A DNA stretch of 64,000 nt from Phycisphaerales bacterium (GCA_965232505.1 OZ246976.1:1694757-1758756), one strand, 5' to 3'; positions 22,481 through 32,043 are shown, counted from the stretch's first letter. Program-made: numbers and translations. The notes: generated by a model not told the origin, from the sequence alone.

Positions 22481-23329
22481 TTGAGCACCGCACACGCTAA
22501 TCCATCGGGAGCCGGTTCCAATACGGAGTTGGTGAAATCGCAGGTGACGCTGACGGGGATGAGCGGCAAGCAGATTGTCGCGGACGTCGTCGAGTGCGGC
22601 TCTGGGGTTCCGGTCGTGTTCCTGCACGGGCTCGTGGGTCTCAACGAGCACTGGGAGCATGTTGTGCGCTCGATCTCGGATCGGGCACGCTGCGTGACGC
22701 TTGAGATGCCATTGCTGTCGCTCCGCAAGTCGGACTGCTGCATCCAAGCGGTCTCGGCGATGACGATGCAGTTCATAGACAAGCACTTTGACGAGCCGGT
22801 CGTGCTGGTGGGCAACTCGTTCGGGGGGCATGTCGCGCTTCGTGTGACGCATGAGCGTCCCGAACTTGTGCGTTCGCTGGTGCTCGCGGGATCGAGCGGA
22901 TTGATCGAGCGGACAGTCGTCAAGGGCGCGCCGGTGCGTCCGACGCGGGAGTGGCTGATCGAGAAGATCGGCGAGCTGTTCTACGACAAGTCGTTCATGG
23001 ATCCGGGGGATGTGGATCGCGCCTACGCGCTGCTCAACGAGCGCGGCGGGGCGCGGGCGATGGTCAAGCTCTCCAAGAGCGCTCGCAGGGACAGCATGGC
23101 GGATGATCTTGGGGAGATCGAGCAACCGACGCTGTTGATCTGGGGCAAGGAGGACGTGGTGACGCCTCCGAGCGCGGGTCAGGGGTTCACGGAGCTGATG
23201 CCTAACGCGGAGCTGTTCTGGATTGAGAACTGCGGACATGCGCCGATGATCGAAGCGCCTGAGCCGTTCGCTGAAGCGATGCACGAGTTCTTTGATAAGC
23301 AGGGCTACCCTCGCGGGACCAACTCGTAA
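22481..23329 (+). CDS. Alpha/beta hydrolase fold protein
   Basis: VVFLHGL and GNSFGG (GxSxG nucleophile elbow), with a C-terminal GHAPMIE His region. The start is uncertain: TTG at 22481 or ATG at 22559. Confidence 0.82.
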   Translation: MSTAHANPSGAGSNTELVKSQVTLTGMSGKQIVADVVECGSGVPVVFLHGLVGLNEHWEHVVRSISDRARCVTLEMPLLSLRKSDCCIQAVSAMTMQFIDKHFDEPVVLVGNSFGGHVALRVTHERPELVRSLVLAGSSGLIERTVVKGAPVRPTREWLIEKIGELFYDKSFMDPGDVDRAYALLNERGGARAMVKLSKSARRDSMADDLGEIEQPTLLIWGKEDVVTPPSAGQGFTELMPNAELFWIENCGHAPMIEAPEPFAEAMHEFFDKQGYPRGTNS

Positions 23330-23343
23330 AGAGCACACACAAC

Positions 23344-24996
23344 ATGCGCGCACCAACTCCCAACGCCGGGTATTCCATGACGAGTCTTGTCGGTGCGGCA
23401 CTGCGGGCGCGCGTCGAGCGCCGTCGCCGAAAGCTCAATGACCTTGCGTACTGGAACGCATCGACGTGCACGATCCAGGCGCAGCAGCTCCGCAAGAACC
23501 TGCTCGTGAGCGCTAATACGGACTTTGGGAAGAAGCATGGCTTTGGCGCGATCGCTCGGAACGACAACGATGCGGAGATGATCGATGCGTATCGCAAGGC
23601 GCTGCCGATCAATGACTGGTATGTGTTCCAGGATTCGATCTCTCGCATGCGGGATCGGGGCGAGTCGGATGTGCTCTGGCCGGGACGCGTGGGGCACTTT
23701 GCGCAGACTTCCGGGACGACGGCGGGTGACAAGTACATTCCAGTCAGCGAGGAGATGTTCCGATCGAACTACCTCGCGTCGCTTGATATCTTCGCGCATC
23801 TGATTAATCGCGGCGTGCATCCCGAGCGGATGATGGGCGGGCGATGCTTGTTCCTTGGTGGTTCGACGGATCTGGAGTATAACGAAGCGGGGATCGCGAC
23901 GGGTGATCTGTCGGGATTGGTGACGCCGTTGATTAAGTGGCCGTTGTCGATGATTTATTCTCCTGGTCCTGAGGTGGCGCTGATGAGTCACTGGCCCGAC
24001 AAGATCGAGGCGATGGCGCAGCTTGCGATCAAGCAGGACATCCGTTTCATCTCTGGGATGCCGAGCTGGGCGCTGGTGCTGATTGATCGTGTGATCGAGC
24101 TTGCGAACGAACGCGGGATCAAGGCGACGTGCGCTCGCGACGTTTGGCCAAACCTTGAGGTGTTTGTGCACGGCGGGGTGAACTACAAGCCGTTTATCGA
24201 GCGGATGAGTCTCGCGTTTTCGGGTGATCCGGAGATCGACTTCCCATGCCGGCAGGAGCTGTATCCCGCGTCCGAGGGGTTCATCGCGATGCAGGACACG
24301 GAGGATGATCCTGGGATGCGTCTGCTGACGGACAACGGGATCTTCTTTGAGTTTGTGCCTCGCAAGCAGATTGATGATGAGAATCCGGATGTGTTCTCGT
24401 GCTGGGAGGTCGAGAAGGGACAGCAGTACGTCGTGGTGATGAGCACCAACGCAGGTCTCTGGCGATACGTGATCGGGGACGTGGTCGAGTTCGACACGAT
24501 CCCGAGCGGGTTCAGCGGGCAAGGCGGCGAGGGGCCGGCGCGTTTGCGGATCGTGGGTCGGCATCGGCATTTCATCAACGCGTTCGGGGAGAACCTGATC
24601 GGCGAGCATATCGAGGATGGAGTAAGCGCCGCGTCCAAAGCGATCAGCGCGACGATCGGCGAGTTCACCGCGGCGCCGGTCTATCCATCCCAGACCACTC
24701 GCGCGGGGCTGGAAGTAGCCGTGGAGTTCTCCGTGGCTCCGAGCATGGATCAGCTGATCCGGTTCCGTGACGTGTTTGACGAGAAAGTGCGATCGATCAA
24801 TGTGGACTACAACACGAAGCGGTCGGACTCTGTGGGGATGAGTGAGCCGACGATTACGGTGCTCCCTGACGGGACTTTCCATCGCTGGCTGGACATGAAG
24901 GGCAAGCTCGGGGGTCAGCACAAGTGTCCGAGGTGCGCCAATCATCGAGAAATACTGTCTGAAGTGGTTCAGGCGGCGCACGCTGAGACTGTTTGA
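23344..24996 (+). CDS. GH3 family (acyl-acid amido synthetase-like, ANL superfamily) protein
   Basis: FAQTSGTTAGDKYIPVS adenylation motif, YPASEGFIA, and length and layout typical of bacterial GH3-domain proteins. Confidence 0.8.
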   Translation: MRAPTPNAGYSMTSLVGAALRARVERRRRKLNDLAYWNASTCTIQAQQLRKNLLVSANTDFGKKHGFGAIARNDNDAEMIDAYRKALPINDWYVFQDSISRMRDRGESDVLWPGRVGHFAQTSGTTAGDKYIPVSEEMFRSNYLASLDIFAHLINRGVHPERMMGGRCLFLGGSTDLEYNEAGIATGDLSGLVTPLIKWPLSMIYSPGPEVALMSHWPDKIEAMAQLAIKQDIRFISGMPSWALVLIDRVIELANERGIKATCARDVWPNLEVFVHGGVNYKPFIERMSLAFSGDPEIDFPCRQELYPASEGFIAMQDTEDDPGMRLLTDNGIFFEFVPRKQIDDENPDVFSCWEVEKGQQYVVVMSTNAGLWRYVIGDVVEFDTIPSGFSGQGGEGPARLRIVGRHRHFINAFGENLIGEHIEDGVSAASKAISATIGEFTAAPVYPSQTTRAGLEVAVEFSVAPSMDQLIRFRDVFDEKVRSINVDYNTKRSDSVGMSEPTITVLPDGTFHRWLDMKGKLGGQHKCPRCANHREILSEVVQAAHAETV

Positions 24997-25073
24997 TTTC
25001 TGCATAGAAAGTGTCTGCGCGTTCCTCTATAGTCCTTGAAGCGGGGAATTTAGACACTAGCGGGAGATTTAGA

Positions 25074-25595
25074 ATGTCAGTACGCAACGTCGTCCATGCC
25101 GCGGACGCGATCCTTGAACAACTCAATGACTACATCGCGCTCGTCGATGATGACCAGTACACGCGAGCATCGAAGATCTTCCCGGCTGGGACGGTCGGCA
25201 AGCACATCCGTCACACGCTCGACCACTTCCGCGCCTCGATCATGACACCAGCGAGCGAGAAGATTGATTACGATCATCGCGCTCGAGGGGTAAGCGTGGA
25301 ATCCGACCGCGAAGCCGCGATGTCGGAGATCACCAAGCTCCGCGGAGCACTGGGTGGGCTCGGAGAGGACGCACTCAACGAGGACGTGACCGCTGAGGTG
25401 ATGTGCTCTGGGGATGGGTGCTGTGCAGAACTCCGCTCCTCGCGCGGGCGCGAGATCTTCTTTGCGCTCCATCATGCGATCCACCACAACGCGATCCTCA
25501 AAGCGATCGCGGCGGAATACGGCATCGAGCTCGATCCGGCGTTCGGGACCGCGCCGTCGACGATCAACTACGAGTCCGGATTGGCATCCAACTGA
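25074..25595 (+). CDS. DinB-like metal-binding four-helix-bundle protein
   Basis: His triad pattern GKHIRHTLDHF ... HHAIHHNAIL. GGGAG lies upstream of the ATG at 25074. Confidence 0.65.
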   Translation: MSVRNVVHAADAILEQLNDYIALVDDDQYTRASKIFPAGTVGKHIRHTLDHFRASIMTPASEKIDYDHRARGVSVESDREAAMSEITKLRGALGGLGEDALNEDVTAEVMCSGDGCCAELRSSRGREIFFALHHAIHHNAILKAIAAEYGIELDPAFGTAPSTINYESGLASN

Positions 25596-25596
25596 T

Positions 25597-26346
25597 ATGT
25601 GCACGCTCAGTGTTATCGAGTTGCCCCAAAGCGGGTACAGGGTTGTCCATAGCCGCGACGAGCAGCGGTTGCGTGGTCGTGCGTATCCACCAGCGGAGCG
25701 GATGATCGGCAGCAAGCGGGTCTGGTATCCAACAGACAGCGACGCGGGAGGGACCTGGGTGGTCTGCGACGCGGACGGGATCACGGCGGGGGTGCTGAAC
25801 TTCAACTGCGAAACGCGCCGAAACCCAAACCCCACACAATCGCGCGGCGAGATCCCATTGATGATGATCGAGCACTCGGATCTTGATTCGATGCTTGAGA
25901 TGCTGCAGGAAATGGATCTCTCTGTCTACGCGACGTTTACAGCGTTTGCGATCAAGCCGGCGGCGTCTGGGGTCCAGACGCTGATTGTTGAATGGGACGC
26001 GAATGAGCTTCGGGTTGTCCGCACCCCTGATCAGGCGTTTGAGCCGATTGTGGTCGCGTCATCGGGATTGGGGGATGAGCTGGTGCAGGTGCGCGTGCCT
26101 TTGTTTGAGGAGATGGTCGCGGCTGATCCGACCCCTGAATCACAGGACGCGTTTACCCACCATCGCTGGGATGATCGTCCGGAGTATTCGGTGCTGATGT
26201 CTCGCAAGGACGCTCGCACGGTGAGCATCACGACGATCGAGTTTGGTGGTCCGCAGAGCGGGGATGGGGTCCCTGAAATGAGCTACGAAGAGCTTGCGGA
26301 GAATGACCCCGCACACGACCCGATCGGGGCGGGGATGCTACAGTAG
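25597..26346 (+). CDS. NRDE/TANGO2-like family protein (N-terminal Cys)
   Basis: Begins MCTLSV... with Cys2, as in NRDE-family proteins, and contains HSRDEQ. The ATG lies 1 nt after the preceding stop. Confidence 0.65.
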   Translation: MCTLSVIELPQSGYRVVHSRDEQRLRGRAYPPAERMIGSKRVWYPTDSDAGGTWVVCDADGITAGVLNFNCETRRNPNPTQSRGEIPLMMIEHSDLDSMLEMLQEMDLSVYATFTAFAIKPAASGVQTLIVEWDANELRVVRTPDQAFEPIVVASSGLGDELVQVRVPLFEEMVAADPTPESQDAFTHHRWDDRPEYSVLMSRKDARTVSITTIEFGGPQSGDGVPEMSYEELAENDPAHDPIGAGMLQ

Positions 26347-26353
26347 TGGCACC

Positions 26354-27739
26354 ATGAGCGAGTTCCTCCATAATCTCATCGACTGGCAGTTCATCATCTC
26401 GGCTCTTGCAATGGGGGTTGGTGTGCACATCATCCTTGGTTGTGCCGCACTCTCGATCTGGATCGAGCGGAAGCTGTCGTCGTATATCCAGGACCGGATC
26501 GGTCCGAACCGCGCGGGCTTTGACTTCGGTCTCCCGTTCCTCGCGTTCCTCAAGGGGATGCTGGGGCTCGGTCAGGTGCTCGCGGACGGCATTAAAGCGG
26601 TGACCAAAGAAGACTACACCCCACCCAATGTGGACAAGGTGCTCTTCACGCTCGCGCCGATGCTCTCGGTGATCCCGGCACTCATGGCGTTCCTGATCCT
26701 CCCGCTCGGCGGATACATGGAAATCCCAGCGGCGCAGGACATGGCGTTCTTCCGATTCCTCATGGACCTCCCTTGGTACGTTGGTGGTGGGGTGTTCACT
26801 TTCATCTTTGCGGATATGCAGGCGCAGGTCGTGTCGGTCGCTGGAGCGGATGTCTCGATCGGGATCATCTACGTACTCGCGATCGCATCGGTCGGCGCGT
26901 ACGGCGTCACCATCGGCGGCTGGGCGTCCAACAACAAATACTCCATGCTCGGTGGTCTTCGCGCCACGGCTCAGATGATCTCCTACGAAATCCCTATGGG
27001 ACTGGCGCTGCTGTGCTGCTTGCTGATCGCTGGATCGTTTATGCCCAACGAGATCATCATGCATCAGCGTGAGCACGGCTGGTTGATCTGGTCGCTCCCG
27101 CTGCCTGCGATTCTGTACTACATCTGCGTGCTCGCTGAAGCGGGACGCGCACCGTTTGATAACGCGGATGCGGAGCAGGAACTCGTTGGTGGGTACCACA
27201 CAGAGTACTCCTCGATGCGTTTCTTGCTGTTCCCGCTGACGGAGTACCTGCACATGGTGACGGGCAGCGCGTTCTTCGTGCTCCTGTTCCTTGGTGGGTA
27301 CGACCTGCCGCTCGTTGGGGCATTGGCGACCGATGCAACCGGCGTGATCGCGGTGCTGCTCAAGCTCGGCGTGTTTGTCGGCAAGACGATGCTGCTGGTC
27401 TGCTTCACGATCGCGCTGCGCTGGACGATCCCGCGTGTGCGTTACGATCAGGTCATGATGCTCGGCTGGGGTGCGATGATCCCAGCGGGGATGCTCATGA
27501 TCGTGGTGACCTCCGTCATGGTGTACATGGGATGGACCAGCGTGGTCCCGATGCTCGGCGCCAACGCGGTGATGCTCGTGGTGATCATGATCGGCCGTGC
27601 GGTGCTTGCCAAGATGTTCGGACGTGCGGTGGTCAACCACAAGGTCCCGCTCTACGGCTCGCGCTACTCTCCAGTCGAAGGGGAGACGGTCATCACCGGA
27701 CCATCGCACCCACTGGCGCGTCAGGACGCTCCGGCGTAA
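26354..27739 (+). CDS. nuoH: NADH-quinone oxidoreductase subunit H, unusually long (461 aa) and not flanked by other nuo genes
   Basis: ERKLSSYIQDRIGPNR, GWASNNKYSMLGGLRATAQMISYEIPMGL, AEAGRAPFD, EQELVGGYHTEYS. These are classic NuoH/ND1 motifs. Confidence 0.9.
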   Translation: MSEFLHNLIDWQFIISALAMGVGVHIILGCAALSIWIERKLSSYIQDRIGPNRAGFDFGLPFLAFLKGMLGLGQVLADGIKAVTKEDYTPPNVDKVLFTLAPMLSVIPALMAFLILPLGGYMEIPAAQDMAFFRFLMDLPWYVGGGVFTFIFADMQAQVVSVAGADVSIGIIYVLAIASVGAYGVTIGGWASNNKYSMLGGLRATAQMISYEIPMGLALLCCLLIAGSFMPNEIIMHQREHGWLIWSLPLPAILYYICVLAEAGRAPFDNADAEQELVGGYHTEYSSMRFLLFPLTEYLHMVTGSAFFVLLFLGGYDLPLVGALATDATGVIAVLLKLGVFVGKTMLLVCFTIALRWTIPRVRYDQVMMLGWGAMIPAGMLMIVVTSVMVYMGWTSVVPMLGANAVMLVVIMIGRAVLAKMFGRAVVNHKVPLYGSRYSPVEGETVITGPSHPLARQDAPA

Positions 27740-27781
27740 AGCGGGATCCCTTAATCAGTCTCGTTTGTTGAGTGAGCCGAC

Positions 27782-28876
27782 TTATTGCCAGGGCTTGATG
27801 TCCGAGGTGCGCAGGCGCTGGTAGAACGTCGGGAGCAGGTATCCGCGTGCGTTGTGGACGTAGACGCGTCCCGAGACGACGAAGCGAGCGGAGTCTCCGA
27901 ACGCGAGTGCTTGGTTTTCCATCGTCATCAGCAGCGAGCAGGGCTGGATGGTGAGCTCGATGCCGTGCGCGGCGGTCTGGTTGTCGTTGTCGAAGATGAC
28001 CATCCATGAGCCGTCTTGGGCGCGATCGATGCGTGCTGGTCTGCGGATCATCAGGTCGCCCTCGCGGATACCAGGCGCGAGCTCTGGGGGCGCGGTCTGG
28101 AGCTGCGAGGACTGCGGACGCGGACGCTGGGTGTTTGCGAAGCGGTCGTCGATGGGATCGTTGAAACTGATCCCAGACGGAGTCCCGTTCTCGGCGTCCA
28201 GCTCACGCAGCAGGTCGAGGACGTCGGGGTCCTCGTCGAGTTCGGTGTCAGGACTGGCTTCTATATTGGTGTCTGGGTTGGAAGGTTCCGTGCTCGGCTG
28301 GGTGGTTGGATCCGCGGGGGCTTGGATGATGTCGGAGAGTCCGAGCGTGAAGTCTGAGATGAGGAGATGGTTTCGGCCGTGGTAGGTGAGGATCTCTCCG
28401 GACACGGTGACGGGCTGGTTGGCCCAGATGTTTTCGAGTCGCTCGAGCGCAGCGCATGGGAGCAGGAGGACCGGGCCTTCTCCAGGGAGTCGCTGCTCGG
28501 GATCTGGGACGAAGATCAGTCGGTCGTTGGGAGCGGGGACGAGTCGTCCTGTGCGCGAGAGGATGAAGGATCCCTCGGCGAGCGAGGACGGCTTGGCGAT
28601 GGTCCCGATCGAGTTGTTGACGATCTGCATCCAGTCCTGACCCTCGGTCAGTCCGGTCTCGTGGGGTTCGGACGTGCCGGGCTCGGTCGGCTCGATCGGT
28701 GTCTCGTCGGTCCCGACGCGCGGGAGGGTGTCTTTGATGATCTCGATGCGCTGGTGCTTGTTCTCCGGCGTGCTTTCTTGTTCTTTGGGCTGCTCTTCGG
28801 GTTGGGCGGCCGGAAGGGAGCTGGTGATGGTCCCGCTGAGGAGGATGAGCAGAGCTGTCGAGAGGGTGGTTGGCAT
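27782..28876 (-). CDS. Secreted hypothetical protein with two copies of an unrecognised roughly 80-aa domain
   Basis: Signal peptide MPTTLSTALLILLSGTITSSLPAAQP. The internal duplication aligns aa 101-176 with aa 272-352. Confidence 0.7.
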   Translation of the reverse strand: MPTTLSTALLILLSGTITSSLPAAQPEEQPKEQESTPENKHQRIEIIKDTLPRVGTDETPIEPTEPGTSEPHETGLTEGQDWMQIVNNSIGTIAKPSSLAEGSFILSRTGRLVPAPNDRLIFVPDPEQRLPGEGPVLLLPCAALERLENIWANQPVTVSGEILTYHGRNHLLISDFTLGLSDIIQAPADPTTQPSTEPSNPDTNIEASPDTELDEDPDVLDLLRELDAENGTPSGISFNDPIDDRFANTQRPRPQSSQLQTAPPELAPGIREGDLMIRRPARIDRAQDGSWMVIFDNDNQTAAHGIELTIQPCSLLMTMENQALAFGDSARFVVSGRVYVHNARGYLLPTFYQRLRTSDIKPWQ

Positions 28877-29008
28877 TGGGGACCTGATTTGGTGAGAATT
28901 GCGTGTTGACCTGTGTATCCTATCGTGCTTTCGGGGTCGAGTTGTTGACCTTTGGGGAGGTGTGTTCTAGCGTCACCCCCGGCACTTGTGTGTCTGGGAG
29001 CACATATT

Positions 29009-29093
29009 GGCCGTGTGCCCGAGTGGACTAAGGGAGCGGATTGCAAATCCGCTGTGCGAAAGCCAATCGTGGGTTCGAATCCCACCGCGGCCT
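29009..29093 (+). tRNA. Class II (long variable arm) tRNA with anticodon GCA (Cys) and discriminator U73
   Basis: Hand-folded cloverleaf. Acceptor GGCCGTG/CGCGGCC. Three-bp D stem CCC/GGG with loop GAGTGGACTAA. Anticodon arm GCGGA-TTGCAAA-TCCGC. A 16-nt variable region forms a stem capped by a GAAA loop. T arm GTGGG-TTCGAAT-CCCAC. Discriminator T; no encoded CCA. Confidence 0.85.
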
Positions 29094-29101
29094 CTTTGAA
29101 T

Positions 29102-29130
29102 GACCGACCTCTGATAGGGGTCGGTTTTTT
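29102..29130 (+). terminator. Rho-independent terminator after the tRNA
   Basis: GACCGACC-loop-GGTCGGT hairpin followed by TTTTTT. Confidence 0.75.
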
Positions 29131-29166
29131 CATGCCTCAGAGTCGGTGATCCACTAGGATCGGGGT

Positions 29167-30219
29167 ATGAGTGAAGCATCCCAGGCGAGAATCGAGCAGA
29201 CCAAGCAAGCCGCGGACGCGTTCCGTCGCGATTTCTTGGGAGTCCAGGAGCAGGTCGGACGAGCGGTGGTGGGGCAGCGCGAGACGGTCGAGGATCTGCT
29301 GACGTGCTTGTTTGCTGGAGGTCACGCGCTGCTCGAGGGTGTGCCCGGGATCGGGAAGACGCTGCTTGTGCGGACGATCTCGCAAGCGGTGGATCTGAGC
29401 TTTGGTCGCGTGCAGTTCACGCCGGATTTGATGCCGGCGGATATTACTGGGACGACAATCGTTGACGAGATCGAGGATGAATCGGGCGCGATCCGTCGCG
29501 GATTCCGTTTCCAGCCTGGACCGATCTTCGCGAACATCGTGCTCGCTGACGAGATCAACCGTGCGACTCCCAAGACGCAGTCGGCGCTGCTCGAAGCGAT
29601 GCAGGAGCATTCGGTGACGATCGGCGGCGTGACTGGCGCGACGCACGAGCTTCCGAAGCCGTTCTTCGTGCTCGCGACGCAGAACCCTGTTGAGCAGGAG
29701 GGGACCTATCCGCTCCCAGAAGCGCAGCTCGATCGGTTCTTCTTTAAGCTCCGCGTGGGGTACGCATCGCGCGAGGAGATGGGACGGATCGTGGAGCTGA
29801 CGACTGGATCGCAGCACGCGAAGATCGAGAAGGTCCTTGACGGCGAGCAGCTGCTTGCTCATCAGCAACTCGTTCGGCGTGTGCCGGTGTCGGCGCATGT
29901 GCAGGACTACGCGATCCGCTGTGTGCTTGCGACGCATCCCAGTGGCGAGCTTTCTGATGGTCGCTTTGCGACTCCGATGGTGTCGCGCTTCGTGCAACTC
30001 GGCGCGTCTCCTCGTGCGGCTCAGTCGCTGATGCTCGCGGGCAAGTGCCGAGCGCTGCTCGATGGACGCGCGACGGTCTCGATCGAGGACATCCAGCGAG
30101 CGGCGCTCCCAGCGCTCCGGCATCGGATCATGCTCAACTTCGAAGCGTCTGCAGAGCAGGTGGACGCGGACGCGGTGGTGCGGAACATCGTCGAAACGCT
30201 TCCTCGCGACGCTCAGTGA
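29167..30219 (+). CDS. MoxR-family AAA+ ATPase
   Basis: GVPGIGKTLLVRT Walker A, FANIVLADEINRA Walker B, FFVLATQNPVEQEGTYPLPEAQLDRF. Confidence 0.92.
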   Translation: MSEASQARIEQTKQAADAFRRDFLGVQEQVGRAVVGQRETVEDLLTCLFAGGHALLEGVPGIGKTLLVRTISQAVDLSFGRVQFTPDLMPADITGTTIVDEIEDESGAIRRGFRFQPGPIFANIVLADEINRATPKTQSALLEAMQEHSVTIGGVTGATHELPKPFFVLATQNPVEQEGTYPLPEAQLDRFFFKLRVGYASREEMGRIVELTTGSQHAKIEKVLDGEQLLAHQQLVRRVPVSAHVQDYAIRCVLATHPSGELSDGRFATPMVSRFVQLGASPRAAQSLMLAGKCRALLDGRATVSIEDIQRAALPALRHRIMLNFEASAEQVDADAVVRNIVETLPRDAQ

Positions 30220-30438
30220 TGGCTTCTGGGTTCTTTTGCCTAGGGTTTGGGCAGGAAGACCAGTTGTGATCTCAAATCAGGCATTCTTTGGAACATCAGT
30301 CTTCTTTGTTCGGATAGGTCGCGTCGATCGGCGTGTTTGTGTGGGCGCGGTCGGCGCGATGGTGTGACATCAACAGTCTTGCGCACACGAGACTGACTGG
30401 GACAGAGCCGCACTGAATGAAATAGGACTGGAGAAGGT

Positions 30439-31257
30439 ATGAAACAATCGTGCGCGATCCCTGCGCTCATGCTGGCGGGGACAACAGCATGGGGCGGCGT
30501 GACGGAAGATTTCGAGGGTTACAGCATCGGGGATTCCCCGGCTGGAATCTGGCAGGACGCGGCGGACTTTATTACGAATCCGACGAATGCCTCACCAACA
30601 GTGCAGGTCATCGGGACGACCGATGCGATGGGCAACGCGACCAACGCGATGCAGATCCAGGACGGGCTCGGGACCTCCGGCGGATTGATCGCTCAGGTCG
30701 GTCATGATCGCATCCAGCGGTTTGAGACGGACCTGCGTCTGGATCAAGCCGGGAACGGGAGCAGTCCCAACTGGATCGCAGCCGCCGGATTGTTCCAGCA
30801 GACGGTGCAGGATGATTTCAACTGGATGCCTCAGGCGTTTGTATACGCGACGCGGAACTCGAATCGGTTCCGTTTGTTTGTGCAGAACGCGGACGGACGA
30901 GGAGGGGCGAATCGGGACTTCGGTCTCGGGATCCATAGCTGGGAGTTCGACACGTGGTATCGCGTGGTGCTCCAAGCGGATACTGAGACGGGACGATTCG
31001 AGGTCTCGATCATCAATCAAGAGAGCGGCGAGGTTCTGGTCGACGTGACGAGGAGCTACACGAACTGGAACAACGCGTTTGGTCAGTACGATCACATCAC
31101 TGTCAACGACGGAGAGTACGGCAACAACGCTGGGACCATCGGGAATATGGCGACGATCGATAACATCGGTTATGTCCCAAGCCCGTCCTCGGCGATGGGG
31201 CTGGTCGTAGGCGGATTGATCGGTCTGCGCCGTCGGCGCGGATCGGTGACGTTCTAA
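30439..31257 (+). CDS. PEP-CTERM-anchored secreted protein of unknown function
   Basis: N-terminal signal peptide. C-terminal VPSPSSAMGLVVGGLIGLRRRRG (PEP-like motif, TM helix, Arg cluster). Confidence 0.78.
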   Translation: MKQSCAIPALMLAGTTAWGGVTEDFEGYSIGDSPAGIWQDAADFITNPTNASPTVQVIGTTDAMGNATNAMQIQDGLGTSGGLIAQVGHDRIQRFETDLRLDQAGNGSSPNWIAAAGLFQQTVQDDFNWMPQAFVYATRNSNRFRLFVQNADGRGGANRDFGLGIHSWEFDTWYRVVLQADTETGRFEVSIINQESGEVLVDVTRSYTNWNNAFGQYDHITVNDGEYGNNAGTIGNMATIDNIGYVPSPSSAMGLVVGGLIGLRRRRGSVTF

Positions 31258-31264
31258 ACCTGCA

Positions 31265-32026
31265 TCAGAACGAGTACGGATCGTTGACCAACGCCCGTCT
31301 CCGCACCACAGTGGGGACGGGCATTTTTGTTGCTTCCTCGCACGCTTGCGCCAGCGCCATCATGAACTTCTCATGCTCGGGGCACGCATCGATGCGATCG
31401 AGGAAATCATCGACGCGCCACGCGGCGGGGTCTCCTGGCTCAGCGGCGTTGTTGGCGTCTTCGATCGCTTGATCACCCAGTTGCTCGCTCGCGTAGTTGA
31501 ACCATTGGGGATCGATGACGTCGGGGTTGCTCGGTGGTTCGATGCGGATGCGGACGACGCGTTCTCCGACGCCGACGATTGGCCAAAGACCATTGGACAT
31601 CTGGGGCTCGCGCGTGAGCATGAATGGCGCGACTCCCGCGGCATTGGCGGCGGCGCGGAACTGCTTCGCGTCGGCGCCGACGAGGTTGGGCGCAAAGAGG
31701 TAGCACCCAAGCTCTGGGAGTCCTTGGATGTCGGACCCCTTTGCGATGACTGTTGCTGGACCACGTTCGAGGGCGTCGAATCGGATCGCTCGCTGCGCTT
31801 CGAGCAGCGGCATGCAGATGCGGGACATGCGATGGAAGTCCCCTCGCGAGCGAGCGAGTTGGAGCGCGTCGCGGCAGACCATCGAGGCATGGAGCGACAT
31901 CCCAGACGCGAGCGCATCGCTGGCGTAACCCATCATGGTGTCGATCTGGTTGGACTCGGCGGCTGCCTGCGTCTGGGACACGGGGAGTTCATCCTCACAA
32001 AAGCCCGCCCGGTTCCAGCTTCCCAA
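31265..32026 (-). CDS. Hypothetical protein
   Basis: Coding-like composition; last gene of a co-directional four-gene string. No recognised motif. The start may be at the internal MMGYAS. Confidence 0.6.
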   Translation of the reverse strand: MGSWNRAGFCEDELPVSQTQAAAESNQIDTMMGYASDALASGMSLHASMVCRDALQLARSRGDFHRMSRICMPLLEAQRAIRFDALERGPATVIAKGSDIQGLPELGCYLFAPNLVGADAKQFRAAANAAGVAPFMLTREPQMSNGLWPIVGVGERVVRIRIEPPSNPDVIDPQWFNYASEQLGDQAIEDANNAAEPGDPAAWRVDDFLDRIDACPEHEKFMMALAQACEEATKMPVPTVVRRRALVNDPYSF

Positions 32027-32043
32027 TCAGGAAGACGTCCGGG

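Noticed and set aside
28952-29179. Small ORFs on both strands over 28952-29179
   Set aside because: They overlap a well-folding tRNA and its terminator.
30220-30438. Second riboswitch upstream of the other PEP-CTERM gene
   Set aside because: GGCAGGAAGACCAG superficially recalls a B12 box, but none of the other conserved cobalamin riboswitch blocks is present.
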